From Amphiscolops sp. MND2022 (Eukaryota), in the NCBI GenBank assembly GCA_964187785.1, contig OZ076410.1:48670001-48734000 (forward strand): 64,000 bases of DNA, read 5' to 3'. The translations under genes were made by a program, and so were the position numbers. The notes below the pieces were generated by a model, which saw only the letters and a program-made list of their open reading frames with translations, did no database searches and had not been told where the DNA came from. Shown in pieces: positions 12,566 to 25,793 of this stretch; the stretch's first letter is position 1; every line of letters begins with the position of its first letter.

Positions 12566-12855
12566 AATACTTCTTCAGTTGTATTTGAGTCAGACCGGAA
12601 CGCCTCTAAAGATTAAATGTACAAATGTATATCTGTACACTTTCAAACTGTAAATTTGTTGATTTTCTTCTTCTGTTTGTATTACTTTGCTGTCGTCAAT
12701 TGTTTGTTACCTGAAATCCCTGTATTTATTTCCGAGTGAGATTGTTCTCGAACAGTCCCCTTACTTATTAAAAAAGATATTAGAGTGTTACTACAATATA
12801 AGAAAATCAAGAAAAAAACAGAAAAGAGCGTTTTCTGGCAAGAGCAATTCAATGC

Positions 12856-15800
12856 CTAATATGTGAATTCTTCTGAGTAGTTTTGGATGGTACTGGGTCT
12901 GAGGTTAAATTTACCCCCTTTAGAGCTCACACTTTCATTTCTTTCATCACCTTGGAATGTTTCGGACACGATAATACCATTGCCCACGTTTTGGATAAGA
13001 CTTAATGCATCATTTTCACTTGAAGGATTTCCTTCCGTAAAGTTTGCATTTTCTTGGTGTTTGGGTGGATCCGGCAAAGTTTTTTTGAGATTTAGGGCAA
13101 ACAGCCGATTTTGACGAATCAGAATATTCATTTTTAATAGCTTCACTAGCTTCGTTTCTTTTTCTGACGTCATCGTCTGGCTTCTCACTTTTTCGTTGCA
13201 ATGTCTCGCCGACGTCATTTAGATTGTTTCGTGTTGTTAGTAATCCATTTTAATTTCGTCCGCGTCACATGGTTCGTCGTTTGACGTAACGGACTGTTCA
13301 ACACTCGGCAAGTAAATCGGATTGGCCACGTTGCCTAGTGTTTCTAATTGATCACCAAAGTCTGCCTCCTCCCCAGTTATCGTGTACAGATCATCTTGCG
13401 GAATGATAACTTTTTCGTTCGACTGTAACTTTCCTTCATGATAACTATCTTCAAGCGGTTGATTTGAAACAAAGTTTTTGAGTCGAAAAAGTTCTTTAGT
13501 TTTGTTCATGTTAAGTCAGCGTAGTATATAGTTTTCGTTAAGTAGTACCGTCTGAACCATAAATGGGCCAACCCAAGGATAACCTCTAGAATGAAATTTC
13601 CACCCTTGGTGGTCTGTTTTGGGCTGCACTACGGAAAAAAATTTATTCTCTTTAAGTGGTGCCGCTGACTTTGGGTTATATTAATCTGTATATTTGTGGT
13701 AGGAGTGCATAATATTCTGCCTCGTTTTGCAAATGAGCAAAGTTGTTCGGGTTTGTTATACTTCTGCAAATTCAGTTGTAGATGTAATTTGCTCGTTTGG
13801 ATTGTTTGCAAGTTTGTGGTCCAAAATATAGTCAGGAATTCGGCCATGAAATAATCATGTTGGTTCGCAACCTTTACTTGCATTGTAACTTGTATTGCTA
13901 TTCAGAGTTGCAAAAGGAAAGTATTTGGACTATTGTCGTTACAATATGCCCACATGTTCTCTCAAGATTCGCTTAGGAGACGCATGTGCTCGTTCTAGTT
14001 TACCGACCATTAGTGAAAAATTGGTCGTTGCACATTTGAGTGTAACTCCCAAACTTTGTGTAATTTCCGCAATGATTGTGGACGTAAACGCAGTTCTTTT
14101 GTCGGTTATCAATGTTGTTGTCAAGTATGCGTGCTTGGTCTTGATATCAATGATGACTTTCGCCACGTTGATCGCTGACGCGTCTGTAAGAGGATGAGCG
14201 AATAGATAATGTGAAAAGATATCGATTGCAGTTAGCACTTTTTCAAATCCTCCACTTACTGGAAGATTCGGCAATAGGTCAATCTGCATAGCGTCTTCGG
14301 GTCCGAGGTCTCATTTCGGCAAAATGAGTAATTCAGACGTATTGGTTGCTTAAGTGACTCTTTTGTCCTATGCGCATTGTTGACACCCTTCTACCCATTT
14401 TTTGACGTGTGTCGCTATGCTAGAGTAGCAAAACTTTTGTGTGATATCCTGCAACATTTTTGATAAACCAAGATGCCTTTGGACTCTCTCATGCAAGGAC
14501 TGAAGCAATTTCTGGAACAGGTGTTGCGGGAGAAGTGTTTGATGGTATTTCACCTTTCCGGTTTCATCAAAATAGTTCCGACGTAGGATATCTTCTTTGA
14601 CCACGATTTGCTCTAAAATGTTCGCATAGTGTCGGTATTCGGCATCTTGTTGTAGTATGCTTTCCGAGTACTCTTCATGAAGGAGTTTCGCTTTTATGTG
14701 TTGCAATGCTGCACCTTTAGGTTGCTCGATGAAGATCTGATTAGTTTTCTGTAGTCGGACTTGTACTTCTGATTGTTGTCGTTTTGGGTCTGTAGACACA
14801 GTTTGAATTATTATTGTAGTTGCTAATGTGCGCGGTTTTGTCGAATTGCTTCTTTGCTCCCCCATTGTTGTTCTTCGGTGTCTTCTTCATCAATGGTATA
14901 GAAGATTTGTTCATCTTGAGTTACTCCAGCTGATTGGTCATTGATTTCTATTGATGGAGTTTGTACGTCTTCTCGAATCGTCATGACTAATCAGTCTTTA
15001 TGATCCGCTTCGAGATAAGGTAGATAGCCCGCCGCTGTGTTCACTGCACCCAAGACGTGGTCATTAACAAAAGTCAATTGATGACATAGTCAAAAGCGTT
15101 CCACATGTAAGGAGGATTGAATTTTATTCAAAAAAAACTGCTACGGCCTTATTGTCAGTGGGGATGAATACCGGTTTTTGAGCTCCCCAAAAAATCTTGT
15201 ACCCCAGAAAGACCAAATATCTTGAATGCAAAGTATATTGCGGGAAATTCTTTTGCGTAGATTGACACTTTAATTTGCACTAGGGTGAATGTCTTTGACC
15301 CATACGCCACTGGGGCGTTTGATATGCCGAGTGAGGTAACTTTTCTATGCCGGTCGTCCTCAAAAAGATCTGCGTATTAAGAAGCGGCAACATTTGCATC
15401 TGTCATTAGTATATCTTGTTTATTGGGGAGAGGCTGCAGTAGGGCTAAGTCACAAGACATTTCAAGTGCTTTGTTGATTTCCTCGAGATGTTGAACCAAA
15501 TCCTTAGATATTAGGACATTTTCGTCACTTTTGATCAAATCCTACAAAAGAGAAAGGCGTTCGTACAGTCTCGGGACATAACTGTGGTAAGAATTCAGGA
15601 ATCCCAAGTAAGGTTGTAAAGCGTTTTTCAACTTCGCGAAATATTTTTTTCGGCAAAGTTCTGAACGTTTTACTTTTGGGGCTTGACACCTTCAGGGATG
15701 ATAGTTGCACCGAAATGGCATTTGTGCATTCTGAGTTCAAGCCTGTCTCATGGATGCTCTTATTAATTGCTCTCAGGATGGGGTTAAGGTGTTCGGAATG

Positions 15801-18800
15801 CATTATTGGTTGTCTCCTAGTACTGTGAGGCCTATAACTCTTTCAAGATTCGCTTCTGTATGGGCTTGTGTTCGTCAGGGTTTCCGAGAGTCTTTGGGGT
15901 AGGAAACCAAAAAATTTCGAAGTTTTGCCGATTTTTGTTTGTTTTGATGAGGCTAATGACGTAATGGACTGCTTGTTCTTAGTCATTTTGTAATAGATGC
16001 CAAGTTGAAGCAGTATCGACCAGTTTGACGTATTTCATTTCAACTTGGCCCTATGGAGTCCCTTTCTGACCTTGTAGTGGTGGTCAGTAAAGTTGTTTAC
16101 TGGTGACTGGATATTGCCATCATTTAGTGTGATTAGTGCTGGACAGAAGGTGATATCACCTTCTTCATGCAAAAGGTCACTTGACTGGAGAATGCCAGCG
16201 ACAGCATTTTCAGGGACTAGTTGGGAATTTGGGCCTAATAAAGACTCTATCATTCGGTGGAATGGTTATTTCGGTCGGATTCATGATTGGCTCAAGCACA
16301 TTAGAATATCGATGATCAGCTGTTTTGAGCTGCATCGACAAAAATGGTAGTTCGAAGTTCTTCGTCTCATATACAAGACTGTATGGTTTCACTGAAGGAG
16401 TAATAGTCCAATTTTTGGTCCAGGTAAATTCTCCATAACAATGAAGGTTTCATGGAACTGAAACTCTTCGACATCAATTGTCAATTCGATAGTACTCTTG
16501 GGAGTTTTTAATTATCCATTAGTAACCATTAATTAGACGTTTGGAGGAACTTTTCGGTCACTGATTGTGGTGAGAGTAAACGGATATTCCTGAGGTCAAT
16601 TTCAGGAATTGCACTGAATTATGCTCCAGTGTCGATTAGGCCGTCTATGGTTAATTCCTCAAAGTCCTATGGGAATTGCAAAATTCGCTTTCTGCATTTG
16701 AGGTTGATGTTCTTCCAAAATGGTATACAGTCGAGTTTACCTTCTTTGGTGACGACGAGGTTCTGGAATTGTTTCTCGCCGAGTAGCGATCGAGGAATAC
16801 CTTCAGGGCTAGCCTCGTTATTCTCAGTTCCGGAAGTGATTGGAAAAACGGGAAGGACTGTTTCAACATTTCATTGCCATATTTCAACAATTGCTCTCGT
16901 TTTCTTGTTATGTGTCATTGGAGGATTATCCTGAGCCTCTCTCTTTTTGGTAGAGTTCAATATCACCAAGGACATGCTGGAATTGCAGCAAATCCTCGTT
17001 GTAGGTTTTGGTGTCCCATGGATCTCTGCCACAATCTGGATCAATGTACATCGGATTGGAGTCATCAATGAGGGGAATGGGCCTGAATCGGGTGGTGTTT
17101 TCCGGGTCCCATATATGAATTGGTTTCTGGATGAGACGGGTGTTGTTGTGAAATGTGAAGACCTTCTTTTTAGCAATAATTGATGGTATTCATGAAAGAT
17201 TTCAGTTGGAGGATCAGATCTCACGTTTTGTTGGACTGATACTAGATGGTGGTGTTGGAGTAGTGGCGAAATTATATTTTCGTCTCGTCCTTCTTGCATA
17301 TGGTCTGGGAGTTGGACGATGTGTAGATGAACTGGGTTTTTGTTGATTTAGGTTCCTGATTGTTGCCCGATGTGTCTTCCGGCCTGGAACGTTTAGGCTT
17401 AAAATGGGCACCGGCACCCTGCCAGTTTGGCTCCTCAGGATGGTGCGTCTTGCCACAAATTTCACACTTAGAGTAAGTTTTCTTCTGAGTTGGTTTGCCT
17501 TTTTTGGCCACTTTCTCTTTCTTCTTGTTGAGTTTTGCACAGTCTTTGGCCAAATGTTTTTTTCCTTGCAATAGTTGCAGATGATATTGGTCAGTAGCCT
17601 ATTTCGGAGAATGAGGAAATTTTAGTCGCCATTGGAAAATCGCCCGATTCCTCAAAGACGTTAAGCTCGAAATCCCTCTCAAAATGGGCGAAGATTTGTT
17701 GTATGAGCCATTCATTCCCAAGTGTGGCCATGTTGACTGATCTTTTGAGTTTTTGGGGCAGTTTTCCAGAAACGAGGTTGTGGATCATGTTCTGAGCAAT
17801 CTACTCAAACACATTTTCTGCCCCTTGATTAAACTCTTCAAGAGAATTGGGTAGTTTCATCGTGTTGGGGTCAAAGAATAATCGATGCCATCTGTGTTGG
17901 ACAGTCGCTTGCAATTCTGGTTTGACGTCTTTTTGTCTGAAAATAATTAATAAGTCCTCGAGAGTTTGTCGGTTGATCGTATTGATGTTTCCGAATCTTT
18001 GTAGCACTCCCTCACGTAGACAAGAAAATGGTTTCTTTCCATCTGCTCCGACATTTCTGGTTGCATCTTTATCGTCGTGTGAAAAAGATCCTCAAACAGC
18101 TCAAATTTCTTTCTTTTCCCGTCGAACGTCATAGTGATAGTGGTTGTTGAGCTGCTGGGCGACTCGGGTGCGGGTAAGGTCGTGCCAATGAAGTCATTGC
18201 GATCACTGGACTGTGAGAAACTCAGGAACAGGCTTTGGAGCTTCGTTGTCTCCTGTCACTATGTAATGAGTATCCTCCTTGTCGTCATCAATATCTGGGG
18301 AAAATATATTTCGGGGAAACTCATTCCATGAACTATTTCGGACCATTCGTTCGAAAATTCCTCCCGATCTATATTCCGGTCGAATTGGTCGAAATATGAA
18401 ATCACTTTTAGGTAGTTGGTCCGGAACCGGACCTCAGAGAGGCTTGATCTTGTGGTAACGCTTGTTCAAAAATTGCCTCACTTATTGCCCTCTGAGTTTG
18501 CAAACTAACGCTGTTCATTAGCCCGCTCCTCTCTTGAGTGATCATTTGGTTCAATTCTCCTGACAACTTATCTATCTCACTTCTAGAATCAATCTCACCT
18601 CAGTTTTGGCCAATTCGGACGAGACGCCTAGTTTCATTCTCACCAGAATTGGAGTGAGAATTAGTGTTATGATTTACTAATGCATCGTAGCTAGGGCTTT
18701 CAGGCCGTCTGGTTGATTTTCAAAATTCAATATCTTCTCTTCAAAGTGATTGATGCCTAACATTAAGTCCATCTTTTTCAAGAATTACAGCAATCCTTCT

Positions 18801-19904
18801 TCTCTTGATTTTCTATGAACTTTTCTCTTGAAAAAAGTTTGAACAACAGGTTGGTTCGAAAAGTTGTGTCCTCCCCTGGAGAGGAGAATTACTAGAGTAT
18901 ATATTCCTGAGTAAATCACATTCACATTCCTGTGCATTCACAAGTCATTATACTGTCTAAGAGAACGTCATATGACCATTTACTACTGCATTTCTTGAAA
19001 AGGACTTAGTCATCAACAATCGAATGCATCAGAGCGTCGGAAAAATTTGAATACTCAAAACGAAGTATTTCCAAGCCATTTCTAAAAGAAACCTCATTCT
19101 AATGCTAACTAACATGTCTTGAAATCATCAACTAGTGGCAAAGGGCATTCAAAATATGCATCAACAGATTGAGGCTCGTGCTGGCTCACGAGCCTTTTTA
19201 GGATACATCAATGAAAGAATCTCCATATTGCATGCAATGAGCAAGAATTAACGTGGTCCAAAATGACCATTGGGCATAATATCGCACGTTAGCTATTAGC
19301 CGGATTATGTCCGGAGACTGGTATTTAATAACATCATACTAAATCAACCGTTGATACTACAAAGACAAATATTAACTGCTTTTCATCATGTAATGGCAGT
19401 TGTACTGTTATTATGGGAGTTAATCAGATTCTTCACAAAACCATAGCGACTTGGGAAGGTTTTAGTCTATAGGGATCCTTGGGAAGGAACTGGTCATTTA
19501 CATAGCTTTCACTGTATTTTTAATGACAAACCAAGTATGGTCAAACGGCCGTAACCAGTAAACAATGGTACTGCGGTACTGCGCAAATACAAGCTGAGTT
19601 TTGAGTGGATGATAAAGAACTGACACGTCTCGTTGAGGTAAAAGTTCTGGAGCACATTCGAACTACTTTCTGAACTTCTACGCAGTTTTTACAAATGCCT
19701 AGCAATTACAACTTTTGCAACTATCCTCGTTTTTCATTTCAAGAAATATTGTTAGCAGGCTAATATTCAAAACTTAAAACGTAGCAACATCAGAAAATCA
19801 ATGAGTTTGGTTTCAAAATATACGGAGTGAACCTGGAGCTGGATTTTGTTTGCCGGCACATGTTGTGTAGTTTGTCCCGACAAAGGCGGCAGCCTTCGAC
19901 ACCA
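12856..19904 (-). mobile_element. Degraded Ty3/gypsy LTR retrotransposon (long leader, gag, protease, RT, RNase H, integrase)
   Basis: Gag fragments 17214-18300 (TFDGKRKKFELFEDLF, CEICGKTHH); protease LIDTGA at about 16622-16640; RT-like 15525-15803; integrase Zn domain HLG...CQQC (14368-14865) and core QIDLLPNLPVSGG...AIDIFS...ITDK...LERAH (13939-14289). Order RT-RH-IN. Confidence 0.9.
19890..19904 (-). promoter_or_regulatory. Candidate primer-binding site TGGTGTCGAAGG (tRNA-Leu-like, degenerate)
   Basis: Lies at the 5' end of the gypsy leader; resembles the TGGTGTCAGAAG tRNA-Leu PBS with one deletion; not directly preceded by CA. Confidence 0.35.
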
Positions 19905-20099
19905 TTCACGAGTTTCCGCTTGATACACTTCTGTTTGTAAACAAATTAAAAACGCTGTTGAAAACCTACTTGTATTTCTTTTAGTTCAAGGTTAGTTCGA
20001 GAGCACGGTTTGCTCTCTGACATCCCCCAGTCTAGCACGTGACATATATAGATGTACAGATAACATAAATAATAGTATTACAATGGAAATGAGTAGAAT

Positions 20100-23000
20100 T
20101 TTACAGGTGAGTAAGACACAAGACGCCCGCTAAGCACTTGCACGTTTTCCGCCTTCTTAGGTGACTATAGTAGAAGAAGATTTTTTTTAGTCTTCAAGTT
20201 TTTCTTCTGTTTTAGTTAGTAGTGACTTAATGCGTCACTATAAAAATTCACTAGAATGAGCATTAGCGGCAATGAGATTTTGATCATACGTCAGGTCATA
20301 CCATAACGAAAAACTTTATCATCGGTTGCTGAATTATTGTTTTCGCAAACGCTGCTCCAGATGGTCGTTTGGCTTCGAGTTTTCTCACGGTTTATTCTGA
20401 GCTTTCTGTTTGGGTGACCATCACGTTTTGTCCAAAGAAGTTAATTTTCCGTCGACTCCTCCCCCGTATCACATCCGCTTTTCTCGTGTTTGTTTGTTTA
20501 CTTACTTTTAAACTGGTTGCGGATCTGCTTCTTTCATTTCTTGTTTTGGGTTTTCGCAGATTGTCTTTTCTTCATCCGTGTCATCGATTCCTGTTGAGAT
20601 TGTAGTTATTCGTTGTTTTTGTTTTAAAGCTTTTTATGAAGTTTGTGTCTGTTTTAAACCTTTTCTGAAGTCTTCTGTTGCTTTCGTTTTCAAGCCTTTC
20701 TTTTCAGCTCAGTGAAGGCTAGCGATTTCTTTCTCATTGCCTTCTGCTTTTCTGCTGCCCTTTCTGAACTTGTTTCTTGCAGTTTTGAATTGCAATTCTG
20801 GCAGAATTTCTATTTTCCCCTACTGATTTTCCCCCTCCACTTTGTAGTTCTGTTATTGTTGCAGGAATGTTTTTACTTGGTAACGCGCTTCGACTTGCGT
20901 ATTGCCTATGTGTTTCCAATAATTTCTCCGCCGACGGAACAAAAGTAGTTTGGCCGACGTCGCGTTTACAAGTTTTTGTGGGTTTACTGTTCCCAGGTGG
21001 CAAGAATGTGATGGTCTCATTTGACTGTTGCAGCAGCACTCCCGCTTTTTGAAGTTCATTTCTAATTCGCTCCCTTTTGCACCCTCTCTTACTAGCATCG
21101 TTGAACCTTGCCCGAATCAAAATCGGTTTCGATTACCTGGAGTTTTGGTATTTCCGAAACGGATTGTGTACTGCTCATGACCAACTTTTTAATTGTGTTC
21201 GTTTCCATGCCCGTGTATTCTTCGTAAGATAAATTGCCTGTTCCAGATGGGTTCATTCGCATTGCGAACAATATATCCGATAAACATGAATTATCCCTTT
21301 TTTGTGCATTCACTTGATTTGTTCTCAACCATTCGTTTATTGTCCAACTTGATCTTTCTATCTTTCCATTCCCCTATTATCCGGTATAATGCATTAAACG
21401 TGCTTTAGCAACCATTTTTTAACAAAATTTTTTGGATCGCTTGCTTGTAAAAACAAGTTGCTGGGTCTGTTCTTATTTCTTGGTAATTCATGTCTTGCTT
21501 TGTAAATCCTAAGAAACTCTGTAACTTTAACCGTAGTTGGTTTTTCCTAGGAACTAAGGTCCAGGTCAACTTGAAAAATGGTCTATCAAGACTATTAAAT
21601 ACTTTCGGACAATTATCGCACTTTGGAATGGACCTACAAAATCGATAGCTGCTTCTTTTTTGGTGCACTGTGTCAATTTACTTACTTGCTTTGAAGTAAG
21701 ACAAGTTCGATATTCTTACCGGCTACACTGCATTGGGGAGGTTCGATGTAAATGCTACTACTTCCCTGTGGAGTTTTGACTACAAGGCGTTTAAGACTGT
21801 AAGTAACGGGCTATCTCTTACCGGGAGTTGATTAATGCAACTATCTCATTATAATCTGTCTCAAGACTTCCGTGATCACGACTTTTTCGTGCATAGACAT
21901 AACTTCAGGTTCATCAAGACTATGACAACGGAATGTTTCTCTCCAAGGATTCAAAAGGCGATTAAATTTTGTTGAGTCAGGTCTTTTTTTAAACCGTATA
22001 CTTTTCAATTTTTTTTTGCAAACAATTCATCACTTTCATAATTGGCACCGAACGTGAAATCAACCTGTGATTAGAAGACTGCTATTCGAGTCACTGAGTT
22101 CTATCTTGGAGTTTTTATTAGCGGGTTATTCGCATCTTTGTAAGAAACGTGTCTCAGTCTTCCGCTGTTCCTTGGAGCTGAACTCTTCTCACTCGCTTGT
22201 GGCGTATTGAGTAAAGCTGCAAGCTCTTAAATTGTTTATTTGTTTTCACTAAAATACTCTGGCTCTCGGCTTTTGCAGTTCGTGTGGTTTTGTCTCATTC
22301 ATCAATTTTGCTCTTTTTGGCTGATTCGCATTTTTCTGCCAGTTTTGATTTGCTAAAACAGTAATGTCATTTCTGGTTATTTCATTCACTGCAAATCAAA
22401 AAAACCAAAATTCCTCTGCCTTAATTTTGCTGACCTCGCCGTTGTTTATTGACGAATGGCGTGAGCGGTAATCTGCTATCCCCGTTGTATGAGCTGGAGC
22501 ATGTACTTCTTTAAACTGGAATGGACGAAGTCTATCTACCCACCTAGTTAGTATTGACGAAAATGTCTTACTTGTGGATTGTCTTTTATTATCATTAAAG
22601 CTTTGTGGTCCGAGAATACTTCGTACTCAATCACAGTTTTCCAAAGTCTGAAAGGTTTCTTTTGCCCACACCAACTCTGGTTCAATTATCGAATAATTTT
22701 GTTCAAACTCAGTAAGAAGTCATGATGCTTGTTTCCCAAAGTCCTTTTGCTTCAGTTGTAACATTCCTGCCATTTATCTTTTTAATGGAATCGAAAATTA
22801 TCCGGAGGGGTAAATATAGTTTGAAATGTTATAACTCGGTCATTTCTTCTATTGCTTTTTCGAGTCGTGTTTCCTATTTCCGTTTTTTTCCTGCGTTTTA
22901 TAGACTGAGGAGAGAGCAAAAATTCGATAGAATCCGAACGAATCTTATCACCTAAATACTAGCGCCCATGACTGATCGGAGATCTTTCAATTCTTTGGTC

Positions 23001-24150
23001 GCAGTTACTCAGTAATAGCTTGTACCGTTTCTTCTATTGGTTTGATCCCATCTGCTGACAGCTTCTATCCCAGCCAATTTGTTTCTCCTTTCGCAATTTT
23101 AAGTTTTTCTGTTTTCAGTCTGATTTCTGCTTTATCTTTGATTTCTTCTACTGTCTTGATATGATCTTCTTCCCTTCCTTTCGTCACTAGTAATCTGTAA
23201 TTAATAATAATGAAAATATTTTTTGTGTAATGTAGATTGATGGCCATTTTCTTTCGGAATTTCGGGGGCATCGTAGTTAGTTCCTAGAAACCTGTGTTGA
23301 AAGCGTGTGTACGATCGTTTCTCCACCAATGTTCTGAAAAATGCAATGCATTGTTTTTACTGGGTGTAATTTAGTTTGTCCATGCGCATAGAGCATGTCA
23401 ATTGATATAAAAAGTTCTTCTTAGTCCGTCTTTTCATTGATTTTTCTGCGATCTTTTCCATCAGGTTTTCTCAGCTTGGCATCAAATGTTTGTTCTCCAG
23501 AATGGCATCGTTGCGACCTGGCTTCTGTCTATCTTGACAGTGATGAACACTGATGGAATAAACAATTCACTGGTGATCTTGTCTACTCGTCTAATGTGAG
23601 CCACTTCTAGTAGATTGTGTTTTCGGGTCTTGCTTTTTGCACTTTTTGAACTAGATTTTATAAATATGAAAAGGGGGATTTTCATTGTCTTTTCAGTTTT
23701 TCACGACATTTGTTCTGGATCATGTTTGAATCTGGTGACAATTCAGTTTTAGTTGCAATGTTGTTAACAATGTTTGTGTTCGCACTTCTATGTTTTGCTT
23801 CCGCTACTCTGAAATTGAGTTCCGTCAATCAATCTCGACCGACGATCTTTCCTTCTCTCGTTATCACTATTTTTGCCCCGCTCAGTTTTTGTTTGACCAC
23901 TTGCACATCCACTGTGAAGAGCCCCAATAAATTCGATTGTCGTCAGGTGTAGTCAACATGCTCTTCGTTCTTGCAAGGTGGTTTTGCAAATATTAGGGCC
24001 GTTTTTAGATTTCGTCTCAAACTTTGATTCGTAAAAAAAGTTCCTTTATCTGTTTTCGTATCATTTCATTGACGTTAATTCCACTTCGTTCACGTGTGCT
24101 TGTCCAAAATTGTTTTAAATTCCAATTGCAGCCTGTTTTTCAGTTTAGTC
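20100..24150 (-). mobile_element. Second, more decayed Ty3/gypsy pol remnant
   Basis: RT-like IPSVFITVK (23482-23685) and LLVTKG...NWLG (23065-23271); integrase-like EIRTDPATCF (21405-21668); heavily frameshifted. Confidence 0.7.
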
Positions 24151-25031
24151 TTGTTGCATTTTCTTCACGCGGCACTGCCCCTCCTCTCATTGTCGTAATC
24201 ATTCGCCTTCACTGCTACCATCTGTACATCCCGTCAACGCATGCCCGCACCCTATAATCAGACCACCTATCGTCGGCAGCTACCTGAACCTTTGGACTTT
24301 GTCTGCCACGCCCTCTCCAGGAGAAATCAATGGCAGGAGTTGATCAATTGGCGCTTGTACAGAACACTTTACGGAATGGGGCTACACCAACCGTAGTCGC
24401 TAGCATTGCCATGCTCATTGCACAGATGCAAGAGCAAACTGACTACCCCGATCTAGTCCTCACAGTCTCCAGTGACATTGGGTCGCTCGTGCGTGCCGCA
24501 CGTTTCCAAGATGGAGTCTAGCATGGATATGATCTAACCCACAGTATCGGAGACCCGCGATCGTATTCGTCCTATGGTGAGCCTATTAGGCCTCCCATGG
24601 ATCAAGAACGTTCTCTAAGAATGCACCCCTTAACTGCTCCACCGCCCTCACTTCCCCATTCCCTTCCCCTCATCCAAGGCATTTTGCCAACGCCTCCGCC
24701 TTCGCCTTTGCCACGAAATTTGCCGCACTTTAACTGTAATTTGCCTGTAATCTCATCTCCTATCTTAACCCCTCACATGCCTCTGGCATCCGCTGGCATT
24801 CGTCTCGCGATGCAGCCTAGCTCGAACTTACTGCTTCCTTCAGCTTTCCAGGAGGAAGGGATAAGGTAAACTAATTACAATTAGGCCAAACTCCTGAACA
24901 TTCACAAAATGCACTTCAAGCTTTGCAAGTTGCAATAAATGATCCACCACCCAGGACAGTAACTTTTCAAGACTCTTACGACGTAGCTATCGACGGCTAA
25001 AGACAATGACGCTGGAAGTGATCCACGACCA

Positions 25032-25793
25032 TTGGTAGGATACCAGAAGGATCCACAATTGAAAGAGCGCCAACGACAACAGCAACGTGCTGCCAAGACC
25101 CCTATAGTTCTCAGAACAATACTCAAAACAAACAAGAGAGCAAGGGAACAGGCCAATGCAAACCGAACTCCGAACCCTTCTCCCTCACAGCATCCAGAGG
25201 CTAGACGAGTTAGATTAAGCAGGGAGTTGCTCTCAACATCCGAAGCACATCAATTAGACATCACAGCTAGCGACGCAGAGCGTCTGCAGCGAGAGATTCC
25301 TGTCACTGCTGAAAATCTGACCGACTTGTTGAGATTTGAAACGGTGACAAGCAAGGAAGATGCGGAAGCAGTGAGGACACTAGAAAGAGCCACGATTGGT
25401 GCTCATTACCTTCGTCCAGTCAAAAGGGCAGTCTTTCATCCAGATCGTTACCCAAAATTGTTTGAAAGGTTACGCTCTGATCTGAGAAGCGATAACTTCC
25501 CCTACATTAAACCACTACCCTCACACGTCAAATTGAGCAAGCAACAAGCTGGTCGGTATGCAGGGAGCCTGTTTCGCAACAAAGATTTCATGAGGGATCC
25601 CGTTACTCTAGTCCCTAATGGAAAAGAAGTACTCCAAAAAACCACAATCGTCTCATTTGTAGACTCAACCATGAAATCTTCCAGCATTATGAATTACACC
25701 CTCATGGACGTGCGAGTATTGAATTTGCTTTGCTTTACGCTGGAAAACATGACCGAAATGATATACAAGAACTTCGGTCCTGCAGCAGCCTAG
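25032..25793 (+). CDS. 253-aa ORF of unknown function inside a degraded coding-like block (about 24330-26970)
   Basis: Longest non-USP8 ORF; basic, Pro/Gln-rich N-terminus; flanked by same-strand fragments; no recognised motif. Confidence 0.35.
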   Translation: MVGYQKDPQLKERQRQQQRAAKTPIVLRTILKTNKRAREQANANRTPNPSPSQHPEARRVRLSRELLSTSEAHQLDITASDAERLQREIPVTAENLTDLLRFETVTSKEDAEAVRTLERATIGAHYLRPVKRAVFHPDRYPKLFERLRSDLRSDNFPYIKPLPSHVKLSKQQAGRYAGSLFRNKDFMRDPVTLVPNGKEVLQKTTIVSFVDSTMKSSSIMNYTLMDVRVLNLLCFTLENMTEMIYKNFGPAAA

